Positions 55,944-64,000 of a stretch of 64,000 nucleotides of DNA are shown here, piece after piece. The stretch is from a virus (Duplodnaviria > Caudoviricetes). The position numbers were made by a program, and so were the translations under genes. Positions within the stretch are counted from its first letter, which is position 1. Each line of letters opens with the position of its first letter. The notes under the pieces were generated by a model that saw only the letters and a program-made list of their open reading frames with translations, did not search any database and was not told where the DNA came from. The stretch lies in the IMG/VR virus record IMGVR_UViG_3300032224_000782, positions 1,195-65,194 of that record. One strand, written 5' to 3'.

Positions 55944-57923
55944 ATGAAATTATTTGAATTTGATCCCCCTTTAGACGAAGCGCCAATGAATCCCAAGGCC
56001 TTTGCACAAGCAATGGAAGCAGGCCAAGACAAAGGTGTACTAGTGGGATTTGAATTCGAAGTTGGTATACCACACGAAGTTTTTGCCAGCGCAAGCTCAC
56101 AGGAACAAGAAAAAACCCCCAATAGAATACAAGATATAGTAAACGAATCTGATGTATTGGAGAATTTAAGTTTTAGGGAATGTTCGGTTACTGATTGGGA
56201 TGAAACATTTAAATTCAAAGTTGATCCACCTACTGGATTCAAATCAATGACTGAAGCGTATGCGGCATTTCGAGATCATCAACTCACTAAATCAAGGGAA
56301 TTATTTAATGCAATCCCAGAAAAACTTCGAGCAAAATATCGTGATGAGATGGTAAACGATGCCAAGGCGTGGGCAAAAAGTCATTATAGTCATCTTGACA
56401 AAAACGACCCCGCACGTCGAGATGAGATGCAACTGCATTTTGCTCAAATGTTAGGCTATAGAGTTTATTTGGTGTCAGGCGCCGCATCTAAAGCTGAAGC
56501 AGCCGGAATGGCACTAAGACAGGCAGGAACTCTAGACTGGGCCGAATTATTAAAATTTGTCTACAATGTGGATCGAGCCTTTGAGGTAGAGCGCAACTTC
56601 AATAATTATTTTACATATGATGTTGATCAAGCATGGGACACATTAAAATTAGACGATATCGAAGATGATGACGACTATTATGATGATGAAGACGGTGACT
56701 ACGAATCTGCGGCTAATGCACTACAACCTATTGTAGCTCAGACTATGGGTGCCAAAGTAAACGTGTTTCACAATTATCACCAAAGCGCAAAAAATTTAAC
56801 AGACTGGTACATAGAACCCGATGGTAGTTTAGAAGCTGATGGAGATGAAGATGCTACAGCAGAGATTGTTAGTCCTCCACTACCAGCCGCACAAGCTGTT
56901 GACGCACTGAAACGTTTCTATGCCATGGCTGGTCAACTGAACTTGTATACCAACGAATCCACTGGCTTACATATCAATGTCAGCATCCCCGACAAGTTAG
57001 ACGTATTAAAACTAGCAGTGTTTTTAGGTGACCAGCACGTACTCAAACAGTTTGGTAGACAAGACAATGATTATGCACGTAGTTCTGAAAAGACTATTGC
57101 AAGTCAGACTGCACGTGATTCCAACGTTATCGATGTTAAAACTAAAAAGAAACCTGGCGTATTGGGTCAGCCAAAAACACAGTCTAAGATAAACGTAAAA
57201 GCACTACAACAAATAGCGCAGGATGCAACCAGTAGCCACACTGCAAGTATCAGCAACAACGGCAAGTATATTAGTTTCCGTCATGCAGGTGGCAATTATC
57301 TACAAGACTATAACAGCATTTTCAATGTTGTGGGACGTTTTATTCGTGCAATGATCATTGCCGCAGATCCTAATGCGTATGCACAAGAGTATCAAACTAA
57401 GTTAGCAAAACTAGCAGGTACTAGTCAAACTTCAGCCAGTCAAGAAACTCCTGCACTGATTAATTATATACGTACAAATGGTCTTCCTGTTATTAAAGTA
57501 GATCTACTGCGATTCAATAATACCAGAAGTGCAATAAATCTTGCCAAAGATAGTGTACAACACTACATCAATACTTCATCCTTAAACAACCAAAACGTCA
57601 TAGCCCAACCCGGTGGTGAAGCAGTCAAACAGGCCATTTCTACTCGGATGCAAAACCCCAAACGTAAGGAGCAAGTTGAAAAAGCACCTGTTGGTAACTT
57701 CTTCTCATTGACTATCGTCCCTTCCAATGCCCAGGCAATGAAACATTATTTGGGATTAAATCTTAATACTGGGGTAAAACTTATTGACAATCACAACGGT
57801 TACCAGGACACTGGGTATGCTGTATACTCCAAAGCAGTACTACCTATTACTGACCCCATATCCAAAACCTTCCTAAAAACCGCGCTGACCCAGCACTACG
57901 GTAAAAAACTTAAGAAAAAATGA
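55944..57923 (+). CDS. putative amidoligase, tandem paralog
   Basis: GFEFE, EPDGSL, EIVSPP, STGLHINVS, ISFRHAGG. Confidence 0.78.
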   Translation: MKLFEFDPPLDEAPMNPKAFAQAMEAGQDKGVLVGFEFEVGIPHEVFASASSQEQEKTPNRIQDIVNESDVLENLSFRECSVTDWDETFKFKVDPPTGFKSMTEAYAAFRDHQLTKSRELFNAIPEKLRAKYRDEMVNDAKAWAKSHYSHLDKNDPARRDEMQLHFAQMLGYRVYLVSGAASKAEAAGMALRQAGTLDWAELLKFVYNVDRAFEVERNFNNYFTYDVDQAWDTLKLDDIEDDDDYYDDEDGDYESAANALQPIVAQTMGAKVNVFHNYHQSAKNLTDWYIEPDGSLEADGDEDATAEIVSPPLPAAQAVDALKRFYAMAGQLNLYTNESTGLHINVSIPDKLDVLKLAVFLGDQHVLKQFGRQDNDYARSSEKTIASQTARDSNVIDVKTKKKPGVLGQPKTQSKINVKALQQIAQDATSSHTASISNNGKYISFRHAGGNYLQDYNSIFNVVGRFIRAMIIAADPNAYAQEYQTKLAKLAGTSQTSASQETPALINYIRTNGLPVIKVDLLRFNNTRSAINLAKDSVQHYINTSSLNNQNVIAQPGGEAVKQAISTRMQNPKRKEQVEKAPVGNFFSLTIVPSNAQAMKHYLGLNLNTGVKLIDNHNGYQDTGYAVYSKAVLPITDPISKTFLKTALTQHYGKKLKKK

Positions 57924-58669
57924 GAGCCCACGAATTTATTGATGAAGCTTTAGGTCCTGCACCTGAAACAGAGTGGCTACCACAACCAGGGTGGGATCCA
58001 GCGGCCCAGGGTAGTGAAGCTCCTATCACAGCCAATTGGACTGACAAAACTGGGTCGCCGGTTCAAACTAAGTTTGTTAAAATTGCGCCCAATGTTGCTA
58101 CTGTAAGTTTTACACGCCCGGATGCAGAGGGAAATCCAACATTTAAACGTACAGATGATGCCAGCAAATTTTCTCCTCACATATTCAATGGAGTGGCAAA
58201 TAATGTCAAAGATTACTTAAATGATAATCCCGACATTAGTCATATTACATTTGGTTCTCAAAACGACGCTGACCGAACAAGACTATATTCCAAACTAGCC
58301 AAACGTGCCAACGTAATAGGAATGGAGCCCGTAGATTTATCTGATAAATCTTCGCTACCACCAGCACTTGCTCGAATGACATCACAACAAGATAAAAATG
58401 TTGCTCAACAAAATGTACTTAATCAAATACCATCAATATCCAAAACACCCAGTAGTACCCCAACGTTGACCAAAGGTCCGGCTGAAAAATACGATCAGTT
58501 TGTTTTAAGACGTGCGCCCACTTCATCAGTACCGCTTGCAAAAACACCTGCAGGAATGACTTCGGTTCCGGGACTAGATAGATTACCAAACCCCGGCAAT
58601 GTGATCAGTGATCCATTGAACATGATGCCTAAACCAATTAAATGGCCAACCAGCAGAACTAATCACTGA
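57920..58669 (+). CDS. hypothetical protein (MRAHEFIDE N-terminus)
   Basis: Coupled ORF, RTRLYSKL motif, Pro-rich tail. Confidence 0.65.
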   Translation: MRAHEFIDEALGPAPETEWLPQPGWDPAAQGSEAPITANWTDKTGSPVQTKFVKIAPNVATVSFTRPDAEGNPTFKRTDDASKFSPHIFNGVANNVKDYLNDNPDISHITFGSQNDADRTRLYSKLAKRANVIGMEPVDLSDKSSLPPALARMTSQQDKNVAQQNVLNQIPSISKTPSSTPTLTKGPAEKYDQFVLRRAPTSSVPLAKTPAGMTSVPGLDRLPNPGNVISDPLNMMPKPIKWPTSRTNH

Positions 58670-58675
58670 ACTATT

Positions 58676-59209
58676 ATGAGAGCATATGAATTTATTATTG
58701 AGGGTAAACTTCATGGGGTTGAACCAAAAGTTCTACCCATCATACCCGACAATATGCCTTTTGGAGCAAATCAATTCAAAGACCCAACTGGCACATTCAA
58801 AGGTGGTGGTATGTCGGCCCCGGCCGCAAAAACACCATACATTCAAAACAAGATAGCAAGTCCGCCAGAAAAATCCAATATACTCACCGGCAGAGTACCG
58901 TCAAAACCTGAAGACATAACACATGCTTATAGAAACATGAGTCCAGCTGAGTTGCAACATGCACAGGAAAACGGCGCTTTCCTTCCAAATCCTAATCCGG
59001 GACGTACACCTGGTTGGAAACCATATGAAAAATGGTGGTCACCGGGTGACACACAAGGTACATTTGATCGTGCTCGAAATCGAATTGGTTCAGACACCAA
59101 TGTACGTGTTCCTATAGACAAAGTACCCAGCGATTCACCAGTTAATGCCAGTCATGCAGAAGTATTAAACAAAGAAACCGGTGAATGGTTACCGGTGATC
59201 CAACCCTAA
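58676..59209 (+). CDS. hypothetical protein (MRAYEFIIE N-terminus)
   Basis: 177 aa; AYRNMS.AE is reminiscent of toxin-like ART domains (weak). Confidence 0.6.
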   Translation: MRAYEFIIEGKLHGVEPKVLPIIPDNMPFGANQFKDPTGTFKGGGMSAPAAKTPYIQNKIASPPEKSNILTGRVPSKPEDITHAYRNMSPAELQHAQENGAFLPNPNPGRTPGWKPYEKWWSPGDTQGTFDRARNRIGSDTNVRVPIDKVPSDSPVNASHAEVLNKETGEWLPVIQP

Positions 59210-59271
59210 CCTCCATAAATTTCAATTGACTTTATTTCCAAAACGTGCTACAATATAGTACGGAGGACGTT

Positions 59272-59550
59272 ATGAAATCATTATTTGCATTGGGTATTTT
59301 GGTAACTTTGTCAGCGCAAGCACAGGTTCAAACACAGGAATATGAGGATCGTGTATTCTATATGCCACGTTATGTGACAATAGATCATCAAGCATATATT
59401 CGAAGTGTGGACGCTAAACGTGCTCCTGAGTTGCCCGTACAAGTTGCCCGTGTACCAAAACCTGTAAATCTGCCCAGCACAAATCAAACTGGCCCACTGC
59501 CTGGTCAAACTGAGGAACAGCGGCGCAGAATGGAAACAATGTCAAGATAA
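59272..59550 (+). CDS. exported hypothetical protein
   Basis: TTGACT-17-TACAAT, GGAGG RBS, signal peptide. Confidence 0.65.
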   Translation: MKSLFALGILVTLSAQAQVQTQEYEDRVFYMPRYVTIDHQAYIRSVDAKRAPELPVQVARVPKPVNLPSTNQTGPLPGQTEEQRRRMETMSR

Positions 59551-59597
59551 TCCAAATGTCTTGCTTATTAAATCAAAAACAATTATAATTGACTATA

Positions 59598-60065
59598 ATG
59601 AATAATTTTCCAGAACAACCGCGTGTAATGTCCGATGAAGAAGGTGAACGTTACTTTCAAACTATGTTGGAACAAATACGCAAGTTCAATCCAGATGAAA
59701 TTATAGCAGTTAATCGTAGCGGATTTAGTTACGCAATGTGGGTATCACAAATTTTAAAATTACCACTGGGCGCTTACTTTCCAAAGAAGCAACAACTTGT
59801 TTTTTCTGAGGCGCCCAAGCGTATTGTATTTGTAGATGATAATATTCTACAAGGATCCACGTTTAAGCAAACCAAAGAGTTTATGGCACAGTATCCAGAT
59901 ATTGAATGGTGTTGGGCAGTACTGTTCAGTGACTGGCACACTCCTGAAGATGTGCGTAACGAAATTATACAAGGTGTACGTCTGCCTTATTTTGCAGAAG
60001 AACCTATGTGGGGCAGTATGAAAATTAGTAAAGATTATGGAGTAAGATATCGTGACGAAAGTTAA
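59598..60065 (+). CDS. type I phosphoribosyltransferase
   Basis: IIAVNRSG, IVFVDDNILQGST (PRPP loop). Confidence 0.8.
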   Translation: MNNFPEQPRVMSDEEGERYFQTMLEQIRKFNPDEIIAVNRSGFSYAMWVSQILKLPLGAYFPKKQQLVFSEAPKRIVFVDDNILQGSTFKQTKEFMAQYPDIEWCWAVLFSDWHTPEDVRNEIIQGVRLPYFAEEPMWGSMKISKDYGVRYRDES

Positions 60066-60468
60066 TATTGCATTTGATCTAGATGGGGTATTTTTGCCCG
60101 ATCACAAACATATACCTAAGTTGACTCAAAAGAAATTCTTTAAATTAACTTTATATGAGCGTCCCTTGTTCAATCCAACTTATCCTTTTGACATTGTAAC
60201 AGCAAGGGTTGAAGCTAGACGTAAAGTTACTGAGAAATGGATTAGTCAATTACAACGTCAGCCTGAAAACATTTTTATGCGAGCAGACGAAAAGGAAACA
60301 CCTGCGGAATTTAAATTTAGGATTGCTAGTCAACAGCAGTATAAAATTTATGTGGAAAGTGATCCGCAGATCTGCCAAGATATGGAACAATTATGTGCAA
60401 CACACAGCATTGATCTAAAAGTTATACATTTTGATTCTTGGATCTCTGGACATTGGGATCTAAAGTAA
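60052..60468 (+). CDS. HAD-family phosphatase
   Basis: AFDLDGV, IVTAR, K, YVESD. Confidence 0.75.
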   Translation: MTKVNIAFDLDGVFLPDHKHIPKLTQKKFFKLTLYERPLFNPTYPFDIVTARVEARRKVTEKWISQLQRQPENIFMRADEKETPAEFKFRIASQQQYKIYVESDPQICQDMEQLCATHSIDLKVIHFDSWISGHWDLK

Positions 60469-60511
60469 TACTTCGGTAGTACTTGCTCAAAAATCCATAA
60501 TTTGCTATAAT
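60465..60511 (+). promoter_or_regulatory. early promoter cassette
   Basis: GTAATAC-TTCG-GTAGTAC, TTGCTC-17-TATAAT. Confidence 0.85.
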
Positions 60512-60517
60512 TATGGT

Positions 60518-60763
60518 ATGATAAACAAAACACTGAACAAATACTTAGATCATTTGCAATGGGCAGGTGTTGTCTGCATCCTGGCAGGGCACAGTTTGAA
60601 TGCAATGGGTAACGCAGATCCCTACAACATCATAGCATTTTTGATAGGCATGTTTTTCTTTATAACATGGGCTGTGATTGTAAAAAATCCAGCCCAAATT
60701 GTTGTAAACTTTGTTAGTATTTTAATAAGTTTTTTTGGTCTGTATCGTGCATTTTTTGGTTGA
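60518..60763 (+). CDS. small three-TM membrane protein
   Basis: LQWAG..PYNI..W..N; probably leaderless. Confidence 0.7.
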   Translation: MINKTLNKYLDHLQWAGVVCILAGHSLNAMGNADPYNIIAFLIGMFFFITWAVIVKNPAQIVVNFVSILISFFGLYRAFFG

Positions 60764-60812
60764 CTAAAATTCGAATATTTGCTATAATAATGGCATGTTA
60801 AACAAAAGGAGC
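60760..60812 (+). promoter_or_regulatory. early promoter cassette
   Basis: TTGACT-17-TATAAT, aatggcatgttaaacaaaaGGAG. Confidence 0.8.
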
Positions 60813-60816
60813 TGTC

Positions 60817-61329
60817 ATGTCTGATTTCCAAAAATACACCCGTGCAATCGAACTGATGAATGCCGTGCCTGGCTATATTTTTCGTCCGCATGGCCAAGGT
60901 CCCCAACGTGATGCTGACGTTGTAGAAGCCTGTGCTCGTTGGGACGAACTCTACACATTCATCTATGCCAACTTCCCTCGCCCCAATACCTACCGTGAAT
61001 TTGGAGAAGTCAAATACAAAACAATGGCTACATGGGCTCACGAAAACCCAGAAGCCTTTCAAGACATTTTGGACGTACACCAGCTCTTGCAAGAGCATAA
61101 GAAAGACGAAGTCCTGGCACGTTTGACAAAGATCCCGCCCGAATATCGTGATGTAGTGTTTCCTGTGGCCATTGCTCGTTATTTGTTAGCATATAAACGT
61201 GTGGCAATTGATGTGCGAATGCTGACTACCTTTGAAGAGTTCCATAACCGTTATGGAGTTATGGTCATTGAGTCCGTTAAACTGCAAGATAAAATGAACA
61301 GACGTCAATGGGCAGGTGAAGCCGCATAA
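60817..61329 (+). CDS. hypothetical early protein
   Basis: 170 aa with own promoter and RBS. Confidence 0.75.
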   Translation: MSDFQKYTRAIELMNAVPGYIFRPHGQGPQRDADVVEACARWDELYTFIYANFPRPNTYREFGEVKYKTMATWAHENPEAFQDILDVHQLLQEHKKDEVLARLTKIPPEYRDVVFPVAIARYLLAYKRVAIDVRMLTTFEEFHNRYGVMVIESVKLQDKMNRRQWAGEAA

Positions 61330-61336
61330 ACTAACC

Positions 61337-61421
61337 AAAAGTAGTACTTAGGTACTACTTTTTTTCGGTTGACGATAATTCGAATATTTGCTATAATAAT
61401 GGCATACAAAGCAAAAAGGAG
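61337..61421 (+). promoter_or_regulatory. perfect palindrome plus early promoter cassette
   Basis: AAAAGTAGTAC-TTAG-GTACTACTTTT; TTGACG-17-TATAAT; AAGGAG. Confidence 0.85.
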
Positions 61422-61427
61422 TTGGAA

Positions 61428-61619
61428 ATGGATAAAGTTTATATCGTGCAAGTGCAAGGTTGGGGCGACAACGAAAACGAGTTTTACAACATGGGTGCAT
61501 TTAGCACACAAGCCAAGGCAGAAGCCAATGTAGAAAAACTGTTGGCATTATGGGTACATGACGGTGGCGACAAGGCTGACATGATCCACAAAATTACAGC
61601 AATGCTGATAGACTATTAA
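61428..61619 (+). CDS. hypothetical early protein
   Basis: KVYIV..GAFST..KAE. Confidence 0.7.
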   Translation: MDKVYIVQVQGWGDNENEFYNMGAFSTQAKAEANVEKLLALWVHDGGDKADMIHKITAMLIDY

Positions 61620-61626
61620 AAAACGG

Positions 61627-61680
61627 TTGACCGAAATTCGAATATTTGTTATAATATAGTCATAGTTTGAAACAAAGGAG
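61627..61680 (+). promoter_or_regulatory. early promoter cassette
   Basis: TTGACC-17-TATAAT, AAGGAG. Confidence 0.8.
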
Positions 61681-61686
61681 CCAGCA

Positions 61687-61959
61687 ATGAGACAAGCATT
61701 TGAAGGTATGTCTACTCGAGAGATCAACGAAGTTCGCATGTATGGTTGCACTGAAGCACAGATGCGTGAAGCAGTGGAGTCCAGCCCCAGTTTCCGTTTT
61801 TCAGGTCCTGCAATGGTTGTGGCTAGCATGATGAGTGATGCACAAGAAATGATGGCTTACGAACAGCCCGATTTCAACACCATCGAAGATCAGCGTCAAC
61901 TGCTGAACCGTGCTAAATTTGTTTTAATGACTTACATCATGGACCGGGAGACAGCATAA
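61687..61959 (+). CDS. hypothetical early protein
   Basis: RMYGCT..MSDAQE..RQLLNRAK. Confidence 0.75.
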   Translation: MRQAFEGMSTREINEVRMYGCTEAQMREAVESSPSFRFSGPAMVVASMMSDAQEMMAYEQPDFNTIEDQRQLLNRAKFVLMTYIMDRETA

Positions 61960-62150
61960 TGAGCGAGAAGTTAGAACAGGCTGAAGCCAAGTATGACGAA
62001 CTGGTCGATGCTGTTCAAACATTGACCAAGAAAATGACTGAATTTCGTAGGCTTTACGAGCCCGAGTGCGTGGACTTCAATCAGATCAATGAATTGTTGT
62101 ACGACATGTTAGGCAAAATTGACGACCAATTAATTGAGGAGAATCTGTAA
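61959..62150 (+). CDS. hypothetical protein
   Basis: TAATG-coupled, GGAG RBS. Confidence 0.65.
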   Translation: MSEKLEQAEAKYDELVDAVQTLTKKMTEFRRLYEPECVDFNQINELLYDMLGKIDDQLIEENL

Positions 62151-62284
62151 TGAGTGACGTCGCAATCGAAATTCAGAACATGCTGGAACAAGGTTTCCGT
62201 CCTGCTACTATAGCAAGTGTTCTCAATGTACCTTTGGATTGGGTTTATGTTCAAGCCGAATCCATGCAATATACTACCAATTAA
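62150..62284 (+). CDS. 44 aa HTH-like protein
   Basis: MSDVAIEIQNMLEQGFRPATIASVLNVPLDWVY; GAGGAG RBS. Confidence 0.65.
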   Translation: MSDVAIEIQNMLEQGFRPATIASVLNVPLDWVYVQAESMQYTTN

Positions 62285-62408
62285 TTTTGGTAAACCGGAA
62301 TTTAAAAAGTGGTTGACATCAATTCAAAGATCAGCTATAATTTGAATATGTTAGCGATGATGCTAGCAGTTTTTCTTTCAATTAACTTGTTTTTTCTAGG
62401 AGTATTTT

Positions 62409-62735
62409 ATGTTTAAAGTCGCTGGTGTTTCTTCTCTCAAAGGTGAAGTTAAAGTTCGTTTTGCTAATGACATGACACGTGTCAAAGTGTTGACCAAAGG
62501 TGGCCACACTGATATTGAGCTTCGTGAGTTGCCCCAGGCAATGGACAAGCCCGCAGTGGTCGCTTATTTGAAGACCACAGATCTGTATGCAAATCCTAAA
62601 TTTGCAGAGGCCATTGATGCCGCAGACGCCAAGTATAACGGCGCAAAAACTGTTAAGGTCACTAAGGCAAAAGCTACTAAGCCTAGCATGGAAGCTATCA
62701 AAGCCCGTGCTGAAGCCACTAAAGAAACTGCATAA
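62409..62735 (+). CDS. conserved phage hypothetical protein with basic tail
   Basis: TTGACA-17-TATAAT at 62313, AGGAG RBS, FKVAGVS..KVRFAND. Confidence 0.8.
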   Translation: MFKVAGVSSLKGEVKVRFANDMTRVKVLTKGGHTDIELRELPQAMDKPAVVAYLKTTDLYANPKFAEAIDAADAKYNGAKTVKVTKAKATKPSMEAIKARAEATKETA

Positions 62736-62757
62736 TTTTACACAAGTGTGCAGTCAC

Positions 62758-62781
62758 AAGGCTACTTCGGTAGCCTTTTTT
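62758..62781 (+). terminator. intrinsic terminator
   Basis: AAGGCTAC-TTCG-GTAGCCTTTTTT. Confidence 0.85.
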
Positions 62782-62814
62782 ATTGACTTAAAACAGTGCT
62801 ATAAATATTTGACC

Positions 62815-63420
62815 ATGCACAAATACAAAGATGCGCCGGACTGGCTACACTACCCAGCTAACATAAGCAAAGATGAATTAAGATTAATACAAAAAGAATT
62901 GGCAAAGTTATTTGTACTAACTATGCCAGAAATTGGATCTGGATTCATTATGAATGATGTATCTATGGTACCAAAAATTTGTCCACGTTTGACAGAATTT
63001 TTAAAACGTAATAAACTGTTTGATATACTAAGTTACATTGTTACCATTGTAGTGCATCCTAAAAAAGAATTCCTTGTACACGTAGATGGTTGGGAGTCAA
63101 TTGGTCTCAACTTTCCCATATTAAACTGTGAAGATTCTTATACTGTTTGGTATGATACAGAAATATTGGATCAGCCCACACATGATAGAACAGGCGAAAT
63201 AGAAGCCAGCACCAAAGTATGTGATCAATCAAATCTTGAACAAAAAGAAATTGGCAGGTTAGATGCTACTATACCAAGTTGGCTTAATGTAAACATACCG
63301 CATAGACCAGTGGTTTACCACAATAAACTAAGAGCGGCAATATCATTGAGATTTAATCCTGCACCAACCGTAAACGGTGAACTGTGGCCGCATTTAATAA
63401 AGTCTGCTGACAGCTTATAA
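62815..63420 (+). CDS. putative 2OG-Fe(II) oxygenase-like protein
   Basis: VHVD (HxD), LNFPI, IPHRP, RAAISLRF; TATAAATA upstream of ATG 62815. Confidence 0.55.
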   Translation: MHKYKDAPDWLHYPANISKDELRLIQKELAKLFVLTMPEIGSGFIMNDVSMVPKICPRLTEFLKRNKLFDILSYIVTIVVHPKKEFLVHVDGWESIGLNFPILNCEDSYTVWYDTEILDQPTHDRTGEIEASTKVCDQSNLEQKEIGRLDATIPSWLNVNIPHRPVVYHNKLRAAISLRFNPAPTVNGELWPHLIKSADSL

Positions 63421-63428
63421 ATACTCGT

Positions 63429-63605
63429 ATGCAAGTAAACATTTATATCCAAAATCAATTATATAAAACAGTGGACATCGACGGAGACTCTTACAACTTA
63501 GGTGAGATAATGAGTTTGGTTGAGGTTGACAAACAGCAGGGATTGTTGGCTCGATTCGATCAAACCAAAGGTCTTGCAATTAGAGTAGAACCAGTATACA
63601 ATTAA
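63429..63605 (+). CDS. small hypothetical protein (58 aa)
   Basis: TATAAATA ending 5 nt before ATG; MQVNIYIQNQLYKTV...VEPVYN. Confidence 0.6.
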   Translation: MQVNIYIQNQLYKTVDIDGDSYNLGEIMSLVEVDKQQGLLARFDQTKGLAIRVEPVYN

Positions 63606-63656
63606 GTCAACGCAGAAGCAAGTTGTGGCGTTATATATTGTAACAAGGAAATTACT

Positions 63657-63968
63657 ATGAAGAAAATTCTATTTGTACTTTTATTAGCGTCTACATCAGC
63701 ATTTGCTCAACATCACGATTACTATAGACATGAGCATCATGGTTATTGGCAACGTGGTGGTGATAATGGTTGGATGTGGGTAGCACCAACCATCATTGGT
63801 GGTGTTATTGGATACGAAATCGCTCGCAGTCAACAACCAGTTGTTGTTCAGCCATCAACAGTGTATGTATCACCTCCCCCACCCCAACCTGTGCAAGTGT
63901 GCAGTCCGTGGACAGAAATTCAAAATCCCGACGGCACTGTAACACGTACACGTACATGTAATCAATAA
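63657..63968 (+). CDS. exported His/Pro-rich protein
   Basis: Signal peptide, WVAP.IIGGVIGYEI, CSPW..RTRTC. Confidence 0.75.
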   Translation: MKKILFVLLLASTSAFAQHHDYYRHEHHGYWQRGGDNGWMWVAPTIIGGVIGYEIARSQQPVVVQPSTVYVSPPPPQPVQVCSPWTEIQNPDGTVTRTRTCNQ

Positions 63969-64000
63969 ATAATAGTTATTGCTGTATGAAGCAAAGAGAA

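Noticed and set aside
62587-62814. Long N-terminal extension of the 62587-63420 ORF
   Set aside because: It overlaps another gene and a terminator; ATG 62815 after TATAAATA is the plausible start
1-64000. CRISPR array, tRNA or rRNA genes
   Set aside because: No regularly spaced repeats or cloverleaf/TpsiC patterns were seen in the short intergenic gaps by eye; tRNAscan-SE would confirm
1-64000. Stop-codon reassignment
   Set aside because: Known genes are full length in the standard code, and TAG (42524) and TGA both terminate genes

Overview
A 64 kb, AT-rich, densely coding, almost entirely + strand segment of a large T4-like (jumbo-type) tailed phage genome using the standard genetic code. 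The host is probably a freshwater betaproteobacterium, inferred from the porin, IscU/IscA and PstS sequences. It carries nrdA/nrdB/glutaredoxin, a PAAR-Hint-baseplate-like block, iscU/iscA, bS21, hsp20, clpS, clpP, uvsE, two sugar-modification clusters, tandem amidoligases and arrays of small early genes behind repeated promoter cassettes. The strongest finding is a phosphate-starvation island (27144-32242): PlcP phospholipase C, Agt glycolipid synthase, an unknown acidic protein, PstS and a porin. Three Pho-box-like direct repeats in it each lie exactly 11 bp upstream of the phage late-promoter motif TAAATA. Other candidates are a phasin-like gene with a PhaR-like box and a divergent histone-like partner, two ROSE-like leaders, a GGCA-repeat leader RNA, and a GTANTAC-N4-GTANTAC element that supplies the stop codon of the gene upstream. 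All calls come from reading motifs by eye; no database searches were run.
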